From contig KZ538001.1 of the NCBI GenBank assembly GCA_000934665.2, positions 168,103 to 188,102 on the forward strand: 20,000 nt of DNA, read 5' to 3'. Shown here one piece after another: positions 8,311 through 19,548 of the stretch; position 1 is the stretch's first letter, and each line of letters opens with the position of its first letter. Position numbers and translations under genes: made by a program. This DNA comes from Catajapyx aquilonaris (taxonomy: Eukaryota). The notes beneath the pieces are model-generated. The model did not search any database. It was not told the origin of the DNA and was given only the letters and a program-made list of their open reading frames with translations.

Positions 8311-9711
8311 AAGCTCAAGTGCCAGCTTGTGCTTTGATCTCAACTTTGCATTGCTCCTCCTAGCTCACAAGTTTTTTGGTGTTTTCTGTTTTTTTTTTGC
8401 TTCAGTTGAGACAAATGTTCTACTAGATGGCGCTCCCTCTGTTGTTAAGCAGCCACCATTTTTGCATTTTGTTTGTGGAAGCATGTGGACATTGTGTTAA
8501 AGAGGCCAAGCCTCTGGAAAAAGTGCCTTGACTGCATAGCCAGTAGACGAGGAGAGGTCAGTCGGCGTCTGCCTCACTGCAGCTGACTGACCAAAGTGCT
8601 CTTTTGGCCCTCCCATTTTCCCACCCCTCAGACACTCCCCCCCCCCCCNGTCCCCTGCTGCCACTTCATCCCACCTACTGTTGTGTGTTGTTAACGTTGT
8701 ACATACAAGTGAAAGTGCGCGAGTGAGTGCGAGCATGCTTCAGTGCTCAAGTTTTGTGTAAGGGACCAACTCATCCTCACCATATCTTTAGTTGCATTGT
8801 TTTTTTAATGCCTTGGCCATTATGTTAATTTTCCACCCTTGTTTAAAAGCTGTGATGCTCAATTCGGGGGGAGGGGGGTTGGTGAGGAAGGCTTGGGTGG
8901 GAAAGGAACTTGTGCCCCATTAATTATCAACCTCACCTACAGTATGTTGTTAGGAAAAAACTGCATTTTCTAGTCACCAACGATGGACTAACGTAGTGTT
9001 TGTTTTCATGTACCAAAGAAGGAGGGTGGTATGGAAGAGAAATCTCCCTTGCTTCTTCGTTTCCTTCCTCATGTCACAGAGTCAAAATGTTGCACGTATA
9101 ACGTGCAAGTCTTCCATGTTGTTAGGTTTGGTTTTCCTTTTTTGGTTAAGGCTTTGTGTGTAGCACCATTCTCTTTCCCAACCCTCAAACACTCGTTCCC
9201 TCAAGCAAGTGTGGCTCGAATGAGAAGCTGTGGACATTGTTATTGTTTATGAATCATTTGTACAAAATGGAAATGCTATTCATAGTTCAAGCCAAATGCA
9301 CTTTCTTTGTGTGTGTGACCTAGAGAATGAAAAGTATCACACTGCAGTTTAATCAAGTGCTACCTGGAAAAGTTCATCATGAGCAAACTTGCTTACCATG
9401 TCACCTGAAGTGGCAAGTAAGGTGTGTTATACAAGTGGCTCATTATGAACCAGGCTCCCAATTAGGGGAAAAATTTTATAATGTGCAAAGAAATAGCACA
9501 TTTCATCACAAATTATATTGACATTTGTCACTGGGGGCAGTAGCCAATACTCAATTTCACTGCAGCACTGTACCAATGAAGAAACCCTCTAGGCCAGTGT
9601 CTTTTTCCCTAGGCCTCTCCTCTCCTGACTAAAACAAGTAAACAGCAAGTATATGTTAATGTACTTAAAACATGTAAACATGAAGGTTTGTACCTAAGAC
9701 CTCAATGGAGG

Positions 9712-9717
9712 AATAAA
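9712..9717 (+). terminator. Probable polyadenylation signal of sns (3' UTR about 1.4 kb, 8311 to about 9735)
   Basis: First AATAAA I found after the stop codon, followed by a TG/T-rich stretch (ttgtgtttctct); repeat-like sequence begins shortly after. Confidence 0.55.
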
Positions 9718-9785
9718 TTTAAAACATTTCACAATTGTGTTTCTCTGAACCTGCGCAATTGGGATTGGTGGTCATGCTCTGTTCT

Positions 9786-10345
9786 AAAGCCGGCTCCACA
9801 CCGGCTTTTTTTCTCATGTGGAAAATTAATGTCCTGTTGCTAGCAGTTGCTAGAAAATGAGGCAGTGAGGAGCACTTCTCTGATTTAATTCATGACGTCA
9901 ACGCGGACTTGAAAATTTAAACCTACAGTATTTCTATGTATCAATGCAAGTCACCCTCTCCCCATTGGTGCCTCCCTCTGTGCATGCTCAGTACCTTCCT
10001 GTTGGCCACACTTTTTCAGCGTCAGTCCGCCGAGACTGCTCCTGCTGGCAGGGTGCGGCCACCCCCCAACAGGATTTTCTCTAATGCTGGGTTGTGAACC
10101 TAACTGAACCCTTGCTCCGTGAACCCGATAACATCGGAGCTACTCTGGAGCAGTAGAGCCAGGTCCGTAGTTTGGCTGGGAGCTTGCCAGCTTGCTCTGG
10201 AGCATGGCTCAGGCCAGCGCCTCCGGAGTTGAACCCGGTTCCGGAGGGGAGTTCGGAGGGGTTCAGAGCTTGGTTAGGTCCAACATACCAACGCAACGGG
10301 GAGAGAGGCAGAAAAACCGCTGGATTTACTCCAGCGTATGCATCA
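9786..10345. mobile_element. Possible PIF/Harbinger-like MITE remnant
   Basis: TAA|AGCCGGCTCCACAC start typical of Tourist-like termini; CpG-rich interior with repeated TCCGGA/CTCTGGAG motifs; matching right TIR not found. Confidence 0.3.
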
Positions 10346-10403
10346 TGTTTTCATGGTGCCAGAATGACATTTCCAAGCACCCGCGATACAGGGTGTACCG
10401 CAA

Positions 10404-10535
10404 ATGTCACATTTTCATGTCATATGCATTTGTTGTATGTCACATTTTCATGTCATACACATTTGTTGTATGTCACATTTTCATGGCATACGCATTTGTT
10501 GTATGTCACATTTTCATGGCATACGCATTTTTTGT
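10404..10535. repeat. 33-bp minisatellite, 4 copies
   Basis: Unit ATGTCACATTTTCATG(T/G)CATA(T/C)(G/A)CATTT(G/T)TTGT; gives the repetitive peptides in ORFs 10172 and 10192. Confidence 0.95.
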
Positions 10536-10696
10536 ATGTTACAATATCATATTGTAACATACAAAAAATGCGTATGACATGTTTGGGCTGGATTGGTTTG
10601 CATGTGATATTAGAATGCTTTTTTCAGATTTGCAATGGACTAATCACTAATGTGTTTGTGAGTGAGGGGTTGACATAATTATGTGCACATTGTGCA

Positions 10697-11125
10697 GGGT
10701 GGTACGATGGTGTAGTGGTTATCACCACAACCTTCAACCTCTGAGGTCCCGAGTTCAATCCCTGTGTCAGACAAAGAATACTTCTAGGGCTCGGGGCAAT
10801 AAGGAGGTAACTGCCATTTTCAAGCATTTACGGGTTTTGCAGTAATAAGGGGGTATCTGCCAAGTGGCACCCTGCCATTGTAACTTCTTGACACTGTGCC
10901 ACTCTTTCTGCTCATTAATTTATGATACTTGCCTTAGTATTCAATGAAGTTCAATGAAAGCAATGGCCGCAAAAAGCTTTCTCCCCGAAAATTATGATTT
11001 TGGCGGTTACCTCCTTATTGCCCCGAGCCCTAGACTTATGTGGATAGAGTTTCAATGGTTCTCTCCCATGATCACGTGGGTTTTCTCATGGCTCTCCTGT
11101 TTCCTCCCACAATCAAAATCCCTCA
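10697..11125 (+). mobile_element. tRNA-derived SINE with a V-SINE-like central domain, interrupted by a MITE
   Basis: A box TGGTGTAGTGG (10708) and B box GAGTTCAATCC (10751); after the MITE, tgtggatagagtttcaatggttctctcccatgatcacgtgggttttctcatggctctcctgtttcctcccaca resembles the V-domain consensus as recalled. Confidence 0.7.
10784..11033. mobile_element. MITE nested in the SINE
   Basis: 33-bp TIR CTAGGGCTCGGGGCAATAAGGAGGTAAC(T/C)GCCA; flanked by ACTT on both sides (10780-10783, 11034-11037); a TA TSD is an alternative reading. Confidence 0.87.
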
Positions 11126-11336
11126 CAGGACAGGTAATGATTAAAGATAGTTATTGAAAAGCTGATCCCCTAAAAGGCCCAAGTAGGCCTATCATGTGGT
11201 ATCCACTATTTTTGTTTATTTTTATTATTACATGCACTTTGTGCAATTATACTGATGAAGTCACATCTTTAAGCCCTGAAGTAGGCTTTATTGTCTATTC
11301 CTTCCTTTTAGAATATGCATACAAGTAATAATTATT

Positions 11337-12003
11337 GAAGGGCTTGGTGGAAGAACCAGGTAGCTCCATATTGCCAAGTTTTGAGAAAACGGCAACAATG
11401 TGTCTAAAAAATTCAGAATTCACACCAGAATATTGTAAAAATTAATACAGATGGACTACTCACAATGGCTCTTAAAATGGTATTAAGTAGTAAGCAGGTA
11501 CTGGTAACCAAATAAATATTAAGTAAATAAATGGTCTAATCCGTGGAGCTAGGGGTGTGCGGCAAAAAAAATCATTTAAAAACTGTGATTTCAACGAGTG
11601 TTAGGGTGTGCATATGGAAGAAGCCGGGAATGGGTCCGAGGGGCCAGCGACGATCCGTTTCCGAGCTGTCGACCTTTGACATCGACGATGTCCATCCTTG
11701 AAAGTGTGGATACCTCCGTGCATGCTTGCATTGCTGGTTGCCAGAGTCAGGTGGTTGAGCTACTGTTTGGGGGGAGCGCGCCTGACTCAAGCAACCAGCA
11801 ATGGATGCTTGTATGGGGGTATCCACAGTTACAAGGATGGACATCGTCGATGTCAAAGGTCGACATCTCACTATGTCTCGAGGAAAGCGAGGAGCTACAT
11901 GATTCTTGGACCAAACTATGGACAGTTTTTTTCTTCATAGGATCCCATGATTAACTCATTTTCAATTAAAGTGGAGCTACCTGGTTCTTTCACCAAGCCC
12001 CTC
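11337..12003. mobile_element. Non-autonomous DNA transposon with GAG-type termini (Sola-like)
   Basis: 32-bp TIR GA(A/G)GGGCTTGGTG(G/A)AAGAACCAGGTAGCTCCA; 4-bp flanks TATT / AATT. Confidence 0.8.
11663..11869. repeat. Internal inverted repeat (about 90-bp arms) within the Sola-like element
   Basis: tgtcgacctttgacatcgacgatgtccatccttg ... caaggatggacatcgtcgatgtcaaaggtcgaca (34 bp perfect), continuing inward to gagtcagg / cctgactc; mirrored peptides in ORFs 11572(-) and 11598(+). Confidence 0.93.
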
Positions 12004-12559
12004 AATTAGGGTTCCATACTTATGGGCAAACAATACTCATATTTTCACCTGGCACTTACGTACATAGGCACTAAACCAAATAACAGCAGTAATGAATATG
12101 GAAGGTATTTTTAATATCAGTTAAGCAGTGCATGATTGTTAAATGTTAAGTTTTTAAAATTTCATATGAAATGTCATTTTCTCCACTACTTTCTGAGAAG
12201 TAAGGAACATACGTACAATAACAAAAGACAATTCCAACAATCATAACGCAATGCAAAACAATATGGTATATTGAAAACGAATTTAAAGCAAGTATTGTAA
12301 TCCACAATATGTGGCCCACAGACGTGGTGTTTAACCATTTTTGCAGTTGCAAAATAAAAAATGTCACTTGGCATTGAAAAAAACAAACACAAAACATAGT
12401 CCAGGAATTTACATTCAAATGGGTGGAATGGGACTGTTTTGATTGGCAATATGTGGCTATGTCTGGTTGGACATATGGATAGTGTGAAAAAAGAGACACA
12501 GATAGAGATGCAAACTTTAATGTGCAACGTTTACATCTCAATCCAAAATATTCAACTAT

Positions 12560-14436
12560 TATAATGTGGAATTTTTCATCTTCAACTTATCTTGATCTTT
12601 TCTCTTCATTCGTTATGATCTGCTGAATGTAATATTCATATGATCAGTGTATAGACATTTTCAATCCCCAGTACTCAATGTTGTGCACCCATAAAGCCAT
12701 CCCATAAAGGTTCCGATTCTGGCTCATAGTCTACCAGCACCGAAAAGCATTTCCAAAGAGGAGACGATCAGGACCTGGGCCCCCTCTAATGCAAGTAGCA
12801 CTTGGTCGTGCAGGTCAGATTATTAGGAAGATCCATTTCAATGGATGGGCTCAAGGTGATCTTGCCTCTCTTCAGGACAATCAGAACCTGTTCATTGAAA
12901 TACAAGAAAGTTGAAATAACAAATCAATGGTATGGCAGCTTGACCGCCCCCAACAACTCATCCCTTTAAAATTCCACCTATCACCTAGAATCCTAGATGG
13001 TTCATTTTAATTTGGGGTCATTAATAGTGTACACCACATTTCAATCATCCCCTTTCAGCCTTTATCCCTCGCTTTATCCCCTACTATACAACAACAACAA
13101 CAAAAATGCCACAAGCTTTCCTACCAGCATGAGCAGAGGTGGCTCTCTTTACCCTACACCCTTCACCTTACACGTTTATCATTTGCCCACTCAAATGCAG
13201 GATGAGGCTGAAAAATATTACCAACCTTTCCACTAGTTCCAAGGGACCAATCATTGAGTTCCCTGACTAATGCTGTCAGCTTAGGATGCATAATGCCTTG
13301 CTGCTTCACCTTGGACATGATGTCTGGAATATCAAGAAGCACTCATCTAAACTAACAGGAAGGTTTCAAATATATTGAACATGGCCCAAAAATGACTCAA
13401 GCACTATGACAAACCCTCAAATTCCTGAAATTATAAAAAGCAAGTACAAATAAGAAAATAAAGTCATAGATACAAATGCACATGCTGCACAGACTGCCAT
13501 TAATTTTATGGCAATGTTTGGCGTGCTGGGGAACTGGCACTTAGAAAACACAGCATGCAATGGAACATTGCAGAAGAAATAAGAATAAAATACACCAAAA
13601 TGGCAAAATCTCTTACCTTTTAAGAATGTCTTGTGTGAGTTCTGAAACTCAAGTAACATGTGCTGAGCTGTTGATAGGCTGCAATGACGAAGAAGACAAT
13701 CTGCAGCCTCGACCAGTATACCAAAACCACCAATCCACCCTTTCTCTTTTTGGGTAACAAATCTTGAGACACAAGCTGCAGTGATGTCTGGGGGCGCCTG
13801 CTCTGCTGGCAGCTCATAATCAGTCAAGTCTACCTCTTCACAATCTACATCAGCTGGCTTAATTACAAGTATACCTGATGATGGATCTAACAATGCCAAC
13901 AGAGGAGCCACAACTTTGCGCAGATTTAATGTTGATTGCTGCCAAATTACAAGAAGTGTATCATTACATTGAAACATCCTGCATAAGAGTAAAGTGTGTC
14001 ACTTACCTGGAAATACCAAAATGTTGTCTGAGGCGCAATTCTTTCATTTTGCAAGTAGACTTTCCAGGTGGCCAAGTGTGAAGTCAAGTCATACAATTGC
14101 GGCTGTGGTTGAAAACAGTTGTCTCTGGAAACACTATCACCAGGAAGAGAGTTGAGGTCATTAGGTTCAAATTCTTCGTCAGAAGCTACGTAGATTCAAT
14201 AAATACTCCAACTTCTTCTGAATCAGACTAAGACATTTGCAACAGTCGTAGCATTCAGTTGAATTCCCTGAAATGATTAACAAATGGCACTGGCACGAAT
14301 ACCTTTTCTTGTCTGGTGTTTCCCGGTCACTCTTGACTTTCATGGTCTATGCCCGCATATCAGACAGGGCATTTCCACTCTCATTTTTGATAAATCCTGG
14401 ATTTGCTTTACATATTTGTCAGGCAAATCATTCATG
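12560..14436 (-). pseudogene. Decayed multi-exon ORF, possibly a transposon accessory (EnSpm/CMC-associated, SAMD3-like) gene
   Basis: Minus-strand segments bounded by AG/GT (14436-14303, 14267-14007, 13978-13617, from about 13424, from about 12887) read as protein-like but carry stops and frameshifts; C-terminal ALWVHNIEYW...YEYYIQQII recalls the yvfNieYp...eFiQ pattern. Confidence 0.4.
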
Positions 14437-14548
14437 CTGTAATAGTCAGTAACATAATTATTGATATGAGTCAGACTGTCGCGTAATATTTCTCATAACA
14501 AGTAGCAATATTAAACTACTCTTTACAGTTATATTATTCTAAGTTACA

Positions 14549-14842
14549 CCGAAGCAGGTTGGCATAGTGGATAAGGCGTCCGACTGCTAATCGGGAGGTC
14601 CTGGGTTCGAATCCCGGGGCCGGCAACTCTGACCGTGGTTTTCTGTGGTTTCCCACGGTCCTTCCAGGGAAATTCCGGAGTTGCTTCCGTAATTAATAGG
14701 CCACAGCCGCTTCATTCCGTCCCTATCCTATCCCAAAGTGCACAGTAAAATGAGAAGCAAAGAGTTCCAGGCAAAACAAACTTCCCCCCTAAAGAGCCGA
14801 TGGCTGATAACGGGGTATGAATTATTAATTATTAATTATTAT
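14549..14842 (+). mobile_element. Full-length tRNA-derived SINE with (ATT)-rich tail and TSD
   Basis: A box TGGCATAGTGG and B box GGGTTCGAATCCC; body GGTTTTCTGTGGTTTCCC...AGGCCACAGCCGCTTC resembles arthropod Lm1-type SINEs; direct repeat TATTATTCTAAGTTACA at 14532-14548 and 14843-14859. Confidence 0.9.
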
Positions 14843-15030
14843 TATTATTCTAAGTTACAGGCCCTTCTCCATCTGACAAATTCTTCAGTAAGGTTAGTGG
14901 AGTGTCGTATCTTATATAAAGAAGTGTAAGTGGGATAATTATTATCTATGCATTCCAGTACCTTAAGAGTGAATGCATGATCAATGTTAAGTGTTAACTC
15001 CAAAATAAATGGATGATATACACTGTTAAT

Positions 15031-15212
15031 TAGGGTCAGTTGGGGTAAGTGCAGCAGGATTTTGATTAAGTGCAGTTTAAAGGGATGCTACTTCCTCAGT
15101 AATTAGCAAGTGATAAAAAAAGTAATGGACAATATACCCTACCTTATGGCTTTCAAAGTGACCTATTGAGTAATAATAATAAGAAGAAGATAATAATAAT
15201 AAGAAGAAGAAG

Positions 15213-15271
<59 letters not shown>

Positions 15272-16050
15272 CCTGGGTAAGTGCTTTCATCCCCGGTGGG
15301 GGTATATCACACGGAACCTTTATTGTACTATTATACATTGGAACCTACTCATTGAAACGCCTGGGCCCATGGGCAGGATGACAGGAGGGGATGTGCAAGG
15401 TGCAGTGCATCTGACGCTGTGGCCATTTTTAGTGAACTCCCCCGAGTGGTTTAGTCTGTGGAAATACCACCCGAGACGAAGCCAGAGGTGACCCTGAACT
15501 CTGCACGAGATGAAGGGGGTGTCCCCGGGTTGGGATCGAACCCGGGACCTTAACATCCGTGGGCGCATACGTTACCGCAGCACCACTCCGCCTCCCCCTT
15601 GGCCTATTGAATAACATCAAGACATTCATCTATGTGGGTGCTCAGTGCTGCACTTGCCCCGCGATATGGGGTAAGTGCAATTGTCGAATTCTCTCATGGT
15701 AATAAACATTGCTTGGGTTGCATATGACTAGTGCCACAAAGACACAAACTTCCTGTGTCAGTCTGTTTTTCCCAAATTAAAAAATGCGAAGAAGTTCTTA
15801 CAGGAAGAACTTACATTCACTGCTCCGCAACAGGTTGGCTAACAGTACTGGCATTATCTGATTAAAATGCATTATGTTGAAGTGTATTCTCACCAATGCA
15901 TTAGCATGTCACCAGTCGCGGAATATCTATTGGTTACCCACCAAGATGTATTGTTGCCTCTTTTGTCGACTGCTATCTTTATATTAATCCAATATTGCAT
16001 TTTGTTACACATGGCCTACCCATATTAATTGTTTATGCACTTGCCCCTAA
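15031..16050. mobile_element. Degraded DNA-transposon remnant with subterminal GGGGTAAGTGCA / TGCACTTGCCCC motifs; host of the minus-strand SINE
   Basis: Motif copies at about 15042, 15649, 15668 and 16037 in both orientations; TA|GGGTCAGTTGGGG start; right terminus not found. Confidence 0.35.
15174..15599 (-). mobile_element. tRNA-derived SINE (second family) with a long (TTA)n/(TTC)n tail
   Basis: Minus strand shows TGGTGCTGCGG (A-box-like) and GGGTTCGATCCC (B box); tail at 15171-15271; imperfect TSD TG(A/G)CCTATTGA(G/A)TAA at 15159-15173 and 15600-15614. Confidence 0.85.
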
Positions 16051-16200
16051 CCATGTTTAGTTACGGGCAAACCCAGCCTGATTATGCCACCAAAACGGAA
16101 CAATAACAGCGTGATAGTACATCTCAACCTAGTACAGTGCGGAAGCATGCGATTTAAGACTCGTCAAAAATTCATACCCACTTTCCTGGGTTATGCTTAT

Positions 16201-17157
16201 GATTACTTGCCCATCCCCAGTGGAGTTCGCCCACCCCCCAAAAAATTGAGTGGTGGGGTAAGAAACAAAATGTGATAAAAATCATCTTTCAGATTATCTG
16301 GGCTTGAGAATAGATAATAATGAAGCGTAACAATGGAGTTAGGCGGACGCCAAAGTTTAAGTTCATTTGAGAGTCAACAACTGAAATAAATATGATTATA
16401 CACCTTGAACTGTGAATTTCTGTGGGGTAGAGTAAAAATTGCTGCCACTACGTTTATATGTTACTTAGCAGGACGTTAATTTTAATAATGAACCTAAGGG
16501 GCCACACAAACCCGCAGACAGTATTAAAATTAATTACACAAAATCTAACACAGAATTTTTAAACAAATATGGCTCGCAGACTTCTTCTGAATTTGCTACA
16601 CGTTTGTGTACAACATTTAACGGCGTGATTTATAAATAAATAAAAATGTGACAACATTGTCTATTTAGAATTCAGTCCAATGTGCTACGATAAAAAAAAT
16701 TCAATTCAATTAACGTGAAATGGTTTTTTAAATCCCTGCATTAAAAATGCACAGAAAATTCGACATCTGCAAGCCCTGATAAACATTTTTAAATTCCGTG
16801 GTAGATTTTTTGTAGGCCTAATTCATTTTAATGCCGTCTTGGGATTTGTGTGGCCCCTCAGGTTCATTTTTAAAATTAATGTCCTGCCAAGTAACATACA
16901 AACGTAGTGGAATCAATATTTACGAGACCCCACGGAAATTCACTGTCCAAGGTGTAATCATATTTATTTCAGTTGTTAACTGTCAAATCAACTTAAACTT
17001 TCGTGTCCCCCTAACTCCAATGTTACAATTCATAATATTATCCATTCTAAGGTCCAGATTATCTTAATGGAGATTTTGTATCACATTTTGTTTATTACCC
17101 CCACCATTCCACTTTTTGGGGGTGGGCGAACTGCACTGAGGTTGGGCAAGTATGACC
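16201..17157. mobile_element. Fold-back non-autonomous DNA transposon with about 430-bp diverged TIRs (Kolobok- or Harbinger-like end)
   Basis: Left arm 16201 to about 16636 is the diverged reverse complement of about 16724-17157 (e.g. ccactacgtttatatgttactt / aagtaacatacaaacgtagtgg); right end GTATGACC|TTAA, left flank TTAT. Confidence 0.85.
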
Positions 17158-17946
17158 TTAAGTGTCTGTGCTTCATATTTCATATTTCATATTTCCTTTC
17201 ATAATGACAGCTATGCTGAGCACATGAATTAACGCACGTGCAGGGCAGCAGGGGACATAATTTCTACCGCATATGTGCAAGGAATCAAGTCGGACACCAT
17301 ACTCTCCCTTGGCTTAGCTCCACATCACACACCTACCTTACTTGCAATCATATTGTGGCGTGGACATTGCCCTTGAGCCATTACTCCTCTCCGTGCATAG
17401 CTTCTGCTAGTATCATGCACATTTAAAAGCCATAGAGTTTCAAATGAGGACCAAAAAATACTCTCCATACTAAAAGTGGTTAAAACTGGCATGTAATGAA
17501 TATCAATGCTTGACTAACTTTTTGTGACAAATATCCATCAATTATTATACGTATCTCCCATTTTATATACCAAAACTGCAGTTATTGATCATAACTTGGA
17601 CAGGGACTTCAAGGGTCGACCCGGCCAATAGGCCCTAGACCCCAAGATGATTATTATTGATGCATCTCCTGGATTGGTTGTAATGGTAAGTTAGCATGGC
17701 AAAATCTTAACAACCACTGCAAACTTGAAGCCCTTTAAGTTTTACTAAAATGACAAATATACCGTATGAAAACACCAGGCCAGTGCACCATAGAGAAGCA
17801 GTGTTCACATCATGCCTGGTACTTATTTTGTGGGCCTGAAGCAGGGAAGGCGTCCGCCAAAGGCCAAACCGGACGGCGTCGGTGTTCCACGACAGCCCAG
17901 CAGGGAAACCAGCAGGGATACCGCGAAACCACTCAAACGAAGTGTT

Positions 17947-18258
17947 CCAATCAGTTCAGCGACCAATAAGGAGTTGTCCGGCTTGTTCCAGAATTTTCCT
18001 GCGTCCCGCGAACGATACCATAGCTCACCCTGCGTAACCAATGCCTGACAGACCTAGGTGCCGATTGGCTCTCCAGCACTAAACTGACCAATCGTAGTCA
18101 TTTCGCGCGCTGTATTGCAAAGCAATGCGATGTAGTGCCACCTGCCGCGGTTACTAGCGCCCTAGCTGCCTAGCGGGTAGTAGCAGAACCAGAGTGCAGC
18201 CTTGCCACGTGGAAAGAAATCTTTCTCGGCAGCGTGGAACCATAAGGTTAAGGTAAGT
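17947..18258 (+). promoter_or_regulatory. Candidate CpG-rich promoter: 5 CCAAT boxes, an E2F-like site and a downstream consensus splice donor
   Basis: CCAAT at 17947, 17963, 18038, 18088 and ATTGG at 18064; TTTCGCGCGC at 18101-18110; AAG|GTAAGT at 18253. Confidence 0.3.
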
Positions 18259-18489
18259 CACTCTACAAGTCCTCGTACACTACGCCGTAAGCCCGACTTA
18301 AGTCCTGCCGGACTTGCATAAGTCCGGGGATGAAAGTCCGGCCAGATTTACTGTTTCAAAAACGTTCTGGAAAGGCCGGGAAAGGCTGAGAGACGAGTGG
18401 CGGGTATGTCACTTGATGACTCTCTTGATGATAAGCCTACCAGATGGCGCAGTCAAAAATATATACATAATTATAACTATTATATAATT

Positions 18490-18774
18490 ATATTATATAA
18501 ATTTGGTTGAGATTAGTTTCGCCCGCCCCTTCGGGTTGGCTCCACTGACGCTTCGGTGGAGTCGCCTGGCGGGAGCGTCGGGGAAGTTGGGGGAAGGGGG
18601 AGGGAGAGGAAGACGGAGGAAGAAGAGAGCGAGCGAGAAGGAGGTTGCTTGCTGGAGTTGTGTGTGTAGGAGGAAGCAGGAAGGGAAAGGTGGCAACCGA
18701 CACTGAAGGAAAATAAAACGTGAGTTACTTGAGTCTTGCTGTCTTATTTGAAGACAAGGTACCGCACAGAGACA
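18490..18774 (+). mobile_element. Possible solo-LTR-like fragment
   Basis: Purine-rich interior, AATAAA at 18712, ends ...GAGACA about 55 nt later; no clean TG start or TSD. Confidence 0.25.
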
Positions 18775-18886
18775 TTTTTTGTGAAACTATACTTTGTCAC
18801 CGATATTGGTGCCTTAGACCATATATACCAGTAGACGCTCCCCTCCCGTTTACGAGCAAGCGCAAAAGTGAAACCACCCACTCTGA

Positions 18887-19337
18887 GGGGGGATCACGTG
18901 ACTTAGGGCAAAAGGGAGGCGGGAAGGCGAAATTAACATGGCGCCTTATGGGGATTCCGACTATCTTTGCGCCGTCACTGTCAGGCGCCTATTGGGACTA
19001 AAAATATGCAATGGGTACCAAATGATAGCTCCGCCCATGCCCCGTCTCATGCCGTACATCTTCATCCGAGAGGTTGAGCGGGGAAGGACATAAAAAATCC
19101 TACACTGTGTCATTGTTTCTCGCCGGAAGTGCAGTTTGTGTCACTACATCACTCAAACAACCACATTAAAATGTTCCAAATTTTAATATGCTGTGCAGAC
19201 AATCTTCCTCTGCATATTTCACCAACTCGAGGTTGCTTTAATTATCCGAAAATAAAAAGGTGAGCATATAAGTGATATCGGGACTTAGGGCAGCTTCAGT
19301 TAGGTCTGATTGATCAAAGTTCGCGCAAAACCTATAC

Positions 19338-19417
<80 letters not shown>

Positions 19418-19475
19418 TAATAGTAATAGCAGCAGCAGCAATAGTAGCAGTAATAATAATAATCATAATTGTGCC

Positions 19476-19548
<73 letters not shown>

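Noticed and set aside
1909..8343. Antisense and alternative-frame ORFs over sns exons (e.g. 2027-2392, 4587-4868, 7823-8221)
   Set aside because: Shadow frames of real exons with no independent coding signal
10404..10535. 33-bp repeats as a CRISPR array
   Set aside because: Units are contiguous with no unique spacers, there are no cas genes, and the context is eukaryotic
14553..14625. Functional tRNA-Ser(GCT) gene
   Set aside because: Lacks the long Ser variable arm and a good acceptor stem, and continues into a SINE body, tail and TSD
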